In this document: positions 40,265 through 49,298 of the stretch, piece by piece
How the letters are laid out: every line of letters begins with the position of its first letter
Position numbering within the stretch: the stretch's first letter is position 1
NCBI GenBank assembly: GCA_048938105.1
Contig: JBHLMN010000008.1
Coordinates: 32,001 to 96,000, forward strand
DNA from: Promethearchaeota archaeon
GTDB taxonomy: Archaea; Asgardarchaeota; Heimdallarchaeia; Hodarchaeales; Hodarchaeaceae
Direction: 5' to 3'
DNA: 64,000 bases
Position numbers and translations under genes: made by a program
Notes under the pieces: generated by a model
What the model was told of the DNA's origin: nothing
The model's database searches: none
The model's input: only the letters and a program-made list of their open reading frames with translations

Positions 40265-41704
40265 ATGAAGACTTCTCAAGAATATAGAGAGAGCTTATAC
40301 AAAATGAAGCATAATGTATTCATAAATGGGGAGAAGGTCGGACGGAAAGATCCGAGAATGGAAGGGGTAATAAAGACAATTTCCCAAACCCTAGATAGAG
40401 TTAATGAACCAGAATTTAAAGATTTACTATCTGCCAAGTCCCATATTAGTGGTGAAACTGTAAATAGATTTACCCATATTCATCAATCCGTAGATGATCT
40501 TCTCAAGAAACAAGAGATGACAAGAAGGATTTGTCGTTATACTGGAGGGTGTATATTTCGCTGCATGGGAATCGACGCAATGAATGCGCTTTCAATTATA
40601 ACTTATCGCGCAGAAAAAATGACAGGTAAACCATATCATCAACGTTGGCTAGAATACCTAAAGTTCTGGCAAGAAAATGACATTATTGCGACTTGTGCTC
40701 AGACAGATGTTAAAGGAGATCGATCCCTGAGGCCCCATCAACAAGCTGATCCTGATTTGTATGTTCATGTTGTAGAGCATCGTGATGATGGTATTGTGGT
40801 TCGTGGAGCCAAAAATCATATTACTGCAGCTGCGGTAGCTGAAGAGATCATCGTTACTCCAACAAGATTTTTGACCCCAGAGGAGGATCAATATGCGGTT
40901 TCTTTTGCTATTCCTGGCGATTGGGACAACGTTTATCTGGTTACACGAGCGTCGAATATGAGACCACGTGAGCATACATCATGTCCTTCTGCAGATGCTG
41001 GGGATGTTGAAAACTTCATCATTTTTGACGATGCATTTATTCCAAACGATAGAGTGTTTCTAGGGGGTTATGAGGGAGAACATCAGTTCGGAGGTTGGTT
41101 AGCTCTGTTATTTGCTTTATATCATAGACATAGCTACACTGGGTGCAAACCTGCGACCACTGATATTATTATGGGGTATAGTGCACTAGTCACAGAATAT
41201 AATGGCGTAGGAGACAAGAAACACGTCCAATCTAAGCTCGCAGATTTAATTAGTGTTGCTGAACTCGTTAATGCAGCGGGGATTGCCTCAGCTTATAAAG
41301 CAACAAAAGATGAATCAGGTACAATGATTCCTGATCCAGTTTTCTGTAATGTCGGTCGAAAACATGCCGGGAAAAATTATTATCACGAACTAGAAACTCT
41401 AGCTGATCTTGCTGGAGGATTACCAGCCACTCTTCCTTACGAAAAAGACTTTTTCAATGATACAACTGGTCCATTTCTGCAAAAATATATCAAACGTAAA
41501 GAGGATGTCTCTGCTGAGAATGTGTATAGACTCTACAGAACACTGTCAGATACTCTTTGCTCGGGAATTGGTGGTGTTGCGGCTGTTGCAGGTATTCACG
41601 GTGGTGGAAGTCCAGTTATGGAAGACATAGCTATTCTTAAACAATACGATATCGATGAACGGAAGAAAATCGCGAAGTACCTTTCTGGAATTTCGGATGA
41701 TTGA
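40265..41704 (+). CDS. 4-hydroxybutyryl-CoA dehydratase-like protein (AbfD/HpaB family)
   Basis: GCIFRC and HRHSYTGCK (candidate Fe-S ligands), TDVKGDRS, GAKNHIT, HGGGSP. Confidence 0.85.
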   Translation: MKTSQEYRESLYKMKHNVFINGEKVGRKDPRMEGVIKTISQTLDRVNEPEFKDLLSAKSHISGETVNRFTHIHQSVDDLLKKQEMTRRICRYTGGCIFRCMGIDAMNALSIITYRAEKMTGKPYHQRWLEYLKFWQENDIIATCAQTDVKGDRSLRPHQQADPDLYVHVVEHRDDGIVVRGAKNHITAAAVAEEIIVTPTRFLTPEEDQYAVSFAIPGDWDNVYLVTRASNMRPREHTSCPSADAGDVENFIIFDDAFIPNDRVFLGGYEGEHQFGGWLALLFALYHRHSYTGCKPATTDIIMGYSALVTEYNGVGDKKHVQSKLADLISVAELVNAAGIASAYKATKDESGTMIPDPVFCNVGRKHAGKNYYHELETLADLAGGLPATLPYEKDFFNDTTGPFLQKYIKRKEDVSAENVYRLYRTLSDTLCSGIGGVAAVAGIHGGGSPVMEDIAILKQYDIDERKKIAKYLSGISDD

Positions 41705-41752
41705 CAGTGTATCAATAATTAATCCTTAAGCAGAAACTTTCAGAACTAGTCT

Positions 41753-43405
41753 CTAGTCTACTTGGATAGTAACTAATGGCCCAAAAACTTCTTCAGCATC
41801 ATTTATTGCATCATCGAATTGGCTTAGGTCTCCGCTCCAAGTAGGAATGATAGCTTTGAATTTCTCCTCGAATTTCTGTAAGAACTTTTGTAAGAGACTA
41901 TGTAGTTCAGGGTCATTTTTATTAGCAAAAATTGCAGCAGAAAGTCCCATCTTGCCTTTATCAGAAATAATGAAGTGAGTTCCATGACGAACTAGGCTTA
42001 AGTTTGCCCCTTCTTCTCCAGTTGCTTCTAGCATGAATGACCCTACAGCTGAAAGGGCACCAGAAATCAAAGGAAGATCTACTTGAAGTTCTTTCTCTCT
42101 CCCAAAATCATAATGAAAGATAGGCATTCCAGCGTCATTAATGACCAATAAGAGAAAAAATTCTAAGGGGGGAAAAGAATCTCCAATCCAAAATAATGGT
42201 AAACCAGCAAGTATGGCTAAACCAAGTAATATAAATACATTCATAATCAAGGTAATATCTAAGATTTGTTCAGAAACAAATAAATAACTTAAGGGGAAGC
42301 CAATATAAATACCTAGACCAAGAGATTGGAAATTAAGAGATGAATATTTACCAATGGAATCTCTCGGAGCTAGGTCTACCCATAAACTTCCATCAAGAGC
42401 TGGGTGAATCAAAGCGAAAGATATACCGATGATAAGAGCAGAGAGATAAAAAGCTGCTGAATAGTCGTTAAATAATCCAACAATTAATGAAGCGAAAACA
42501 ATTCCATATAAAGCTAGAATAATTGAAGTTTTTCTCCCCCAATAATCAGTAAGGAATCCCGAGGGGAAAATAAAGAAGCAACTACCAATAAGTACAATTA
42601 ACCAGAAAGATTTGTACCAACTAATGTCTAGAAATGTACTAAAACCAAGGATAATGCCAGCCTGGGCTAATGAACCGAAGGTCAAACCAATCATCAAATA
42701 TACAAGGGTATGTGTCCAATAATAAGCCTCTACTGAAGGACGCTTGAGAATTCGTATAAGTGGAGTAACCCATGGGTCATTTATCCAGAAGGGCCAATTT
42801 CGGGTATAGTAATAGAAAACAATACTAATCACAATTCCAATAACTGAAATTACGGAAAATGAGAAGAAAAAATCCAAATTAAATAATTCAGTTCCTAAAA
42901 GCAATAAAATACAAGAAAATAGCCCTCCAAATATCGCAATCGCATATCCTCTCCCACGATGCGTCCACTTTATCGAAGATCCATAGAGAGTATGTGCTGT
43001 AATAGTCAAAACTCCCATAAAGGCCCCTAGACAAAATACTGCTATAATTAAGAGTAATCCATTTATAAATTGTAAAGCAATCATATCAATGGCAAGAAAT
43101 AGCGAACTTCCAATCAGTCCCACTACTGTTACTTTTCCTAAATCTTTAGGATATTTATCTATGACCATACCACTAAAAGATCCAGTAACTCCTGCTGGAA
43201 CTGCCCAGACAATCATAATAAAAAAATCATGAGTACCAGGTAAAATGTTATTATCCTTTATATAGTCCATCATATCAAAGGAATAAATTAAGACAAAAGC
43301 AATGAGTAATACCCATGTAAATAGGGATGGTAGCAAAGCGTTTGTGTAATGAATAAGTCTGCTATATTTATTATTTTTTTCATTATTTACTTTCAATCTC
43401 CTCAC
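41753..43405 (-). CDS. MFS transporter fused to a C-terminal longin-like domain
   Basis: About 12 TMs with SGFLTDYWGRK (MFS motif A); tail LLVINDAGMPIF...LISGALSAVGSF...FEEKF...WSGDLSQF. Confidence 0.8.
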   Translation of the reverse strand: MRRLKVNNEKNNKYSRLIHYTNALLPSLFTWVLLIAFVLIYSFDMMDYIKDNNILPGTHDFFIMIVWAVPAGVTGSFSGMVIDKYPKDLGKVTVVGLIGSSLFLAIDMIALQFINGLLLIIAVFCLGAFMGVLTITAHTLYGSSIKWTHRGRGYAIAIFGGLFSCILLLLGTELFNLDFFFSFSVISVIGIVISIVFYYYTRNWPFWINDPWVTPLIRILKRPSVEAYYWTHTLVYLMIGLTFGSLAQAGIILGFSTFLDISWYKSFWLIVLIGSCFFIFPSGFLTDYWGRKTSIILALYGIVFASLIVGLFNDYSAAFYLSALIIGISFALIHPALDGSLWVDLAPRDSIGKYSSLNFQSLGLGIYIGFPLSYLFVSEQILDITLIMNVFILLGLAILAGLPLFWIGDSFPPLEFFLLLVINDAGMPIFHYDFGREKELQVDLPLISGALSAVGSFMLEATGEEGANLSLVRHGTHFIISDKGKMGLSAAIFANKNDPELHSLLQKFLQKFEEKFKAIIPTWSGDLSQFDDAINDAEEVFGPLVTIQVD

Positions 43406-43447
43406 TACCCATTTTGCTGTGTCTTCTTTAGATTTTAAGTATTGGGA

Positions 43448-45262
43448 TTATTGTAAGGAAAAAATAGGTTGATCAACAGTGAGAAGTTTGGCTGCTTCTA
43501 TATTAAAGTTGGATCCATAGATTCTCTCTACTGCCTCATTGAACGGAGTATGACGTCTAGCTGCTAATAATTGATTTGTTCTCATGTGCAGGGATCTGCG
43601 TGGAAGTGGTTCCACATCTTTAGCTCTTGATTGCCAATCTGCTATTTGTTGTGAAATCCCTGCAATTTCGACAGAAGTCGTTGCTATAGTACCAACAACT
43701 CGTTCTTGATTTCCATTCAAGCTAAGAATGAGTTTTTGATTGTCTTCAGCTATCAAGAAGAGTTCTTCAATTAATATTCGATTGTCATCAAAGCAGGTTT
43801 TATATAATTTTGATATTTCCTGATCTAAACCATTAAAAAACGTAATCACTGTATTTGGTAGAGTATCCAGTCGTGTTAGGAAAAATGTGTCCGTTTTCTT
43901 AAAGTCTGTTTCAAAAGTTCCAACGACGTAATAGCTTTCCTCACGAACCGTATCAAAGAGATCGAAAAGATTCATATCTCCAACCGCGTCAACAGTTATT
44001 CCTTGGGTGATAAAAGAACTTTCAGACATAAATTGTGGTAAATGACTTTGTTTTTTCTCTTTCTTTACTTCTTTAGGGAGTTTGATTTTTCTTGGTTTAG
44101 GAATTGATCTTTCTTTGACTGGTGGTTTTGCTTTCTTACCAAATAATACTCGCTTAATTTTGCCAAAGAAGCCTTCTTTAACTGGTGGTTCTACTGTTTC
44201 TACCTCTGGAACAGCAGCAATCTCTTCAGATATAATGATTGGTTTCTCTTTGGGTTTAACAGCATGTTCTTCTATGGAAGTAAATAATGATTTCCAACCA
44301 CCATGTTCAAGACCCCGTAATTGAAGAATTGTTAAGACTTCTGAGAGATTGAGTTCATCTGCTGGTGTTTTAAGAACAAATATTGGTTTTGCGCGCGTAA
44401 AAGGATCTCGTACGATGAAAAAATGTTCCATAGTATCTAATATACTCCCTCTCATTAGTACTAATTGTTTACCATCAAGAGGTTGATTTAAGAATTTTAC
44501 AATTGAAGGTAATTCGACTTGTAGTTTGAGTGCATTTGATGGGGTTGTATTCCATAAAGAAACTAGAGAGGTTTGTTGAGCGTCAAGAAGTAAAATAGCT
44601 TTACTTTCGTTCATGTTTGGAATAATCGGATTAGGATTTGTTTCTACAACTTGTTTTTCACTATAACTTATCATCAAGCGCCAAATTGGTTCAGTTAATG
44701 CTTTATACTCTGTATATTGAGGTAAATTACCGAATTTCTGAATTTCGTCATCTGGGTACATTCTCTTCATGGCAGCTGATAAAATACCTAGTTCCCACCC
44801 ACAAGGGCCTTTCCCTAGAAGTTCTGACACTACAGCTAAATAAGGGGTGATATAGCTATCTTTTAACCTGATTAATGTAGCTTTCCGTGATAATCCCCGA
44901 CCAGCCATAAACAAGTCCTGTCGTCTTATGGTGGTAGCTGTTTTATATGCTAGATAGAAAATTCTCATCAAGGAGTCAGATGAAGAACAACGAGAACGAC
45001 CTTGAAGAAATGAGTGTATAACTGACCGATATCGTTCCTCATCTGATCCACCAGAAGGAAGTTCGGAAGCGGTGACGATGAAATCAGCAACAAAAAGAGC
45101 ACGAACCGCATCATCAATTTCAGTTAATCCTTGATTGGAAGCGAGCTCAACCAACTCTGATTGATTTTTATAACGATTCAACCGATTTTCAAGATCATAT
45201 TCATCTTCTATCTTGTGAACCAAGGATCTACAAACGTCTTCATTTGGTATCTTTAACATCAT
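43448..45262 (-). CDS. Hypothetical soluble protein with possible roadblock/longin-like domains and an amphipathic helix
   Basis: Intact 604-aa ORF. The fold guess comes only from the secondary-structure pattern. Confidence 0.6.
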   Translation of the reverse strand: MMLKIPNEDVCRSLVHKIEDEYDLENRLNRYKNQSELVELASNQGLTEIDDAVRALFVADFIVTASELPSGGSDEERYRSVIHSFLQGRSRCSSSDSLMRIFYLAYKTATTIRRQDLFMAGRGLSRKATLIRLKDSYITPYLAVVSELLGKGPCGWELGILSAAMKRMYPDDEIQKFGNLPQYTEYKALTEPIWRLMISYSEKQVVETNPNPIIPNMNESKAILLLDAQQTSLVSLWNTTPSNALKLQVELPSIVKFLNQPLDGKQLVLMRGSILDTMEHFFIVRDPFTRAKPIFVLKTPADELNLSEVLTILQLRGLEHGGWKSLFTSIEEHAVKPKEKPIIISEEIAAVPEVETVEPPVKEGFFGKIKRVLFGKKAKPPVKERSIPKPRKIKLPKEVKKEKKQSHLPQFMSESSFITQGITVDAVGDMNLFDLFDTVREESYYVVGTFETDFKKTDTFFLTRLDTLPNTVITFFNGLDQEISKLYKTCFDDNRILIEELFLIAEDNQKLILSLNGNQERVVGTIATTSVEIAGISQQIADWQSRAKDVEPLPRRSLHMRTNQLLAARRHTPFNEAVERIYGSNFNIEAAKLLTVDQPIFSLQ

Positions 45263-45410
45263 AAGCGTCTCGGTGAAAATCAGTGAGAATTGAAAAAAAA
45301 CAATTTCAATTATTTCATAAGAAGTTAATTAGGAGTTGCTTTTGAAACTTCCCAATGAAAAATTACTATGTTTATACATGTTTCAAGAAGATATCTTTGG
45401 TAAATTTTGA

Positions 45411-46745
45411 TTATTCGAGGCCAATATCTGGAACTGGAGATAGAGATTTCTCCATAGCAATCTCAGTTGGTACAGCGGTCTTTTCAACATTTCGAAACCC
45501 AGTCATAAACCATGAAAATCCTAGGAAGAACAATCCCATTGATATTGCTAGAAGAAAAACTGGTACTATCCCTAACAGTTCAGCTATAATCCCTGAAAGA
45601 ATCGTTGAAATTGGTCCCGATGATTGAGCAATTGATCTCCTAACAGACATTACTCTCCCCATTTTTTCTGGTGGAACGATTTTTTGCCAAATTGTTTGGG
45701 ATGCAATGTTAGCCACTGGAAGAAAGAACCCCATAATGACCATACCACAGGCTAATATTAGAAAATTTCCTGTCGGGGTAATAGTACAAATGAGAAATCC
45801 AATATACATTGCAAACAATCCAATAACTACTCCATTGGCATTATTTTCGAATCCTCTCCAAGTTGACATGAATATAGAAGCTGCAATAATTCCAAATTGC
45901 TGAACTGCCATGATGAACGCTAAATCAGTTGCTCCTCCTAAATGATTGTATTTTACATACATGGGTAATAGAACAAAAATCGGATTAATGAAGAAATTGG
46001 CTGCAGTAAAAACGGTCAACAGGGCTAGTAATCCTTCTTTGCTCTTAATAAAGATAAAACCTTCAGAAAATTCTTCCCGAAACCTGGGTTTTTCTTCACT
46101 AGGAATCGTTTTGGCTTTTATTGAAGGAATCGCAATAATTATTGTTGGTATTATAGCAAAGAAAAAGGTAATTGCATCAATCCACATAACTTCCCAGATG
46201 AACCAAATTTCAAGTAATACAGCTCCAATTATCGGTCCTGTTAAAAAGATGATCCCCGTAAAGAAATAATTTAGCCCATTCATACGACTGAGTTTTTCTT
46301 TGGGGACTAATAAAGGAATAATTGCATCAACTGCAGGATTATGGAAGGCCTGAAAAATTGCTCTAAGCGTTATAATTGCTAGAACCCAAATCATTAAAAC
46401 CCAAGATTCTAATCCAATCATAAATAGATAAATTAGAAAAACCGTTACCAGAGCTTGAAAGAAGTCGACAGTGGCAATAATCTTCTTTCTTGACCATCTA
46501 TCTACAAAAACTCCTGCAATAGGAATTAGAAAAACTGTAGGCGCGAAACCGAGGAAAAAGGAAATTGCTAACATGAATTCGCTCTCGGTTGTGATCGTAA
46601 TCCACCATACGATTGCAAATTGTACTATACTTGAACCTAATAAGGATACTAATTGACCAATCCATAAAATAATATATCCTCTTAAGTTATAGTGAGACTC
46701 CATATCATTTTCATTCGTTGTTGAATTATTACTGTTTTCAGACAC
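45411..46745 (-). CDS. MFS efflux transporter (DHA3/MefA-like)
   Basis: LWIGQLVSLLGS, AGVFVDRWSRKK, VPPEKMGRV. Confidence 0.9.
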   Translation of the reverse strand: MSENSNNSTTNENDMESHYNLRGYIILWIGQLVSLLGSSIVQFAIVWWITITTESEFMLAISFFLGFAPTVFLIPIAGVFVDRWSRKKIIATVDFFQALVTVFLIYLFMIGLESWVLMIWVLAIITLRAIFQAFHNPAVDAIIPLLVPKEKLSRMNGLNYFFTGIIFLTGPIIGAVLLEIWFIWEVMWIDAITFFFAIIPTIIIAIPSIKAKTIPSEEKPRFREEFSEGFIFIKSKEGLLALLTVFTAANFFINPIFVLLPMYVKYNHLGGATDLAFIMAVQQFGIIAASIFMSTWRGFENNANGVVIGLFAMYIGFLICTITPTGNFLILACGMVIMGFFLPVANIASQTIWQKIVPPEKMGRVMSVRRSIAQSSGPISTILSGIIAELLGIVPVFLLAISMGLFFLGFSWFMTGFRNVEKTAVPTEIAMEKSLSPVPDIGLE

Positions 46746-46760
46746 CGCGAATTCACCATG

Positions 46761-46934
46761 TAACGATTTAGTAAATCACTGAACAGTTAGTTTTAAAAGT
46801 TTCTTGAGGTGGTAATTAATGCTTAAAAACAACAAAATAATATTCTTCAAATAACATAAAACCAAAAAGACAAAAATCTGTTAATAGCCTTTAATGGCTG
46901 CATAATTCTTTAACAATTCAGTTTTTAACTGAAC
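46761..46934. promoter_or_regulatory. Pair of related operator-like palindromes TT(C/T)AGT-N5-ACTGAA between the divergent MFS and regulator genes
   Basis: taacgatttagtaaatcactgaac (46761-46784) and taacaattcagtttttaactgaac (46911-46934). Confidence 0.65.
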
Positions 46935-46966
46935 CGTAATAAGATTCTTTATTGTGGTAAATTATA

Positions 46967-47716
46967 ATGAAATCATCACAATCTAAGACACTATCAATAA
47001 AAAAGAAAAGAATTAGAAAATTACCAAAATTATTATCTGATCCTAAACTCAAGAAGAGATTACTTCAACATTGGCAAGAAATACCAGTAATAAAAGAGAT
47101 ACCAGAATTTATGCCAGCTTTAGTTGAACAAGAGGTTAGATCAGCAATTCTCAATCTACTACGAGAGGGAATTGAGGAATATAATGAGGAACAAGATCTT
47201 ATTGAGATGAGACATGTATTTTCAGCTAAAGAGTTACGAAAACTGATAAATGAAAGAATATCCAAACGAATCAAAATTTCAAATGTTTATTTTCATATAA
47301 ACACATTGAAAGATAATGGATATCTCCAAATTGTCACTAGTATTAAAGAAGGACGACAAATTACTCACTTCTATGGAAGAACCGCAAGACTGTTCCTATG
47401 GATAGGAGAACCTCTTGAAAAAGCAAAGATAACTGAAGATTCAATTTATCTTAATTTGAAGGTATTATTGAAACAATTTCATCCTGATTTGGCGTCAGAA
47501 GATATTAAAGAACTTTATAGATCATTTCTACAAATAAAACAAGAAACTCATGACAGAGTAAAACTGTGGATGGAAAAAAATGTTGAAATCCTGACCAAAC
47601 TAAATGTAGATACAAGAGAGGTTTATAGTTTTCTGAAATCAATAGATCAATGTAATTCACACACAATCGAAATATATCACAGAATTATGAAATTCATTAA
47701 TTTTCATGATGAATGA
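46967..47716 (+). CDS. Winged-helix (ArsR-like) transcriptional regulator
   Basis: RSAILNLL...SAKEL...SNVYFHINTLKDNGYL...HFYGRTAR. Confidence 0.75.
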   Translation: MKSSQSKTLSIKKKRIRKLPKLLSDPKLKKRLLQHWQEIPVIKEIPEFMPALVEQEVRSAILNLLREGIEEYNEEQDLIEMRHVFSAKELRKLINERISKRIKISNVYFHINTLKDNGYLQIVTSIKEGRQITHFYGRTARLFLWIGEPLEKAKITEDSIYLNLKVLLKQFHPDLASEDIKELYRSFLQIKQETHDRVKLWMEKNVEILTKLNVDTREVYSFLKSIDQCNSHTIEIYHRIMKFINFHDE

Positions 47717-47735
47717 AAATACATTTCCTCACCTT

Positions 47736-48977
47736 TCATGTTATATCTTGAGGAATTTCCCCAGAACGTTTGAGTGCTTGTTTTAATAATAGGGGGCCAA
47801 GGATTTCTGCAATTAGAACATTAACAGCAACAATATCCAAAATTAATATTGCTACTTCTTCCATACCAATTGCCATGAGTCGAGTAAAAGCTATCGCTGC
47901 TAGTCCTAAAGCCACGCCTGCTTGAGAAAGTAAGGCGAGAGGTATATTATTTGTCACTTTTGCTGGCATTTTCGCGATATAAGCAGAACCATAAGAACCA
48001 ACTGTTTTTCCAATTGTTCTCAAGACAAAATAGAGTAATATTATTACTAAGATAGGTGTGACTAATAATCCTAAATCCATTTCATAACCTACCAATATAA
48101 AGAATAAAGCTATTATCGGTACTGATAATCGTTCTACTCCCCTAATACATTCTTTGTTTTCACACCTAGCTATTAAATTTAGTGTTAAACCTAAAATAAT
48201 ACAGCTTAAGATAACAGAAAGATGCAATAGCCCAGATAATGAAATACAAATCAAAACAGATGGAAAAACAAACTCTGCTGATTGATATGCTTCCACTCCT
48301 TCAATATGAAAAGGTTTCATCATTAAGGCAAGGATAATTCCTAATAGGACAGAACCACCAATTTCAATTATCAAGGGTATCGAAATCTCAATCAATGATA
48401 GGCTTATTCCAGAATATACAGACTCAGCGAATGAAATAGCAACACTGAAGAAAATAATCGTTAAAATATCATCAAAAGCGATAAGAAACAATATAGTTTG
48501 ACTCAAAGAGCCATAGGATTTGTATTCACGAATCACCTCCGCTGTGGAAGCTGGAGCAGTAGCCATTGCGATTGTCCCTAATATTATTCCAATAAGAAAA
48601 TCCTGAAGTACTAATGTAATCACTAGAGTAACAATGATAAAAGTTCCAATAGTATTTCCAAGTAATATCAGAACTAAGCCCCATGATGCATCTTGGAGCT
48701 TCCAAGGGTCTAAATGCGAGCCAATGCTATAGCCAATAAATCCTAAAGCAGCTGTAGTAACAATATAATGAATTAATGGAGTAGGAGGCGTTGGAAAAGT
48801 TACGATTGAGATCGAAGAAGTGAGAAATGTGAGAAGTTGCAAAAAAAATCCTCCAAAAATCAATCCAAGTACTTGAGGAATACCTCTTTTTTTCAACACC
48901 CTTGCAACTATCAATGAAAATATTATGACAGTTCCTATCTCAAAAATAAAAATTAGAGCCTCTTCATATTCTGTCAT
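47736..48977 (-). CDS. Cation:proton antiporter (CPA2/KefB-like)
   Basis: ATAPAST, IAFDD, LLSQAGVALGL. Start assigned to ATG 48977. Confidence 0.88.
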   Translation of the reverse strand: MTEYEEALIFIFEIGTVIIFSLIVARVLKKRGIPQVLGLIFGGFFLQLLTFLTSSISIVTFPTPPTPLIHYIVTTAALGFIGYSIGSHLDPWKLQDASWGLVLILLGNTIGTFIIVTLVITLVLQDFLIGIILGTIAMATAPASTAEVIREYKSYGSLSQTILFLIAFDDILTIIFFSVAISFAESVYSGISLSLIEISIPLIIEIGGSVLLGIILALMMKPFHIEGVEAYQSAEFVFPSVLICISLSGLLHLSVILSCIILGLTLNLIARCENKECIRGVERLSVPIIALFFILVGYEMDLGLLVTPILVIILLYFVLRTIGKTVGSYGSAYIAKMPAKVTNNIPLALLSQAGVALGLAAIAFTRLMAIGMEEVAILILDIVAVNVLIAEILGPLLLKQALKRSGEIPQDIT

Positions 48978-49119
48978 AAGGTTGTTAAACCTCACGAATT
49001 GTTTTATGGAAATATTTTTTCTAGGATGTATTTCTTTTCTTTTTTTCATTCTCTAAAAATAATTTCTTCTTGAAACAAATATCAAAGACTAGCATCAAAA
49101 AACATACTAAAACTCTTAC

Positions 49120-49274
49120 TTACTTTATCCAGATGGTTTTAATGTTTATAAATTCCCTAATCCCAAATAAGAAAGTTCGCGACCGGAACCTGATTCTTTT
49201 ATTCCTCCAAAAGGTAACCTCGGATCCGATTTTACAAAATCATTTACAAAACAAGATCCTGCTTCAAGTTCTTC
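49120..49274 (-). pseudogene. Frameshifted C-terminal remnant of an aldehyde (succinate-semialdehyde-type) dehydrogenase
   Basis: [36 protein letters not shown], frameshift, then [13 protein letters not shown]. Confidence 0.85.
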
Positions 49275-49298
49275 CAGATTGATGTATCTCGTTTTAAC

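Noticed and set aside
40265-41704. Evidence for an autotrophic 4-hydroxybutyrate carbon-fixation cycle
   Set aside because: AbfD homologues also occur in fermenters, and no other diagnostic cycle enzymes are in the window.
49070-49282. 70-aa plus-strand ORF
   Set aside because: Antisense to the ALDH remnant, which explains the sequence better.
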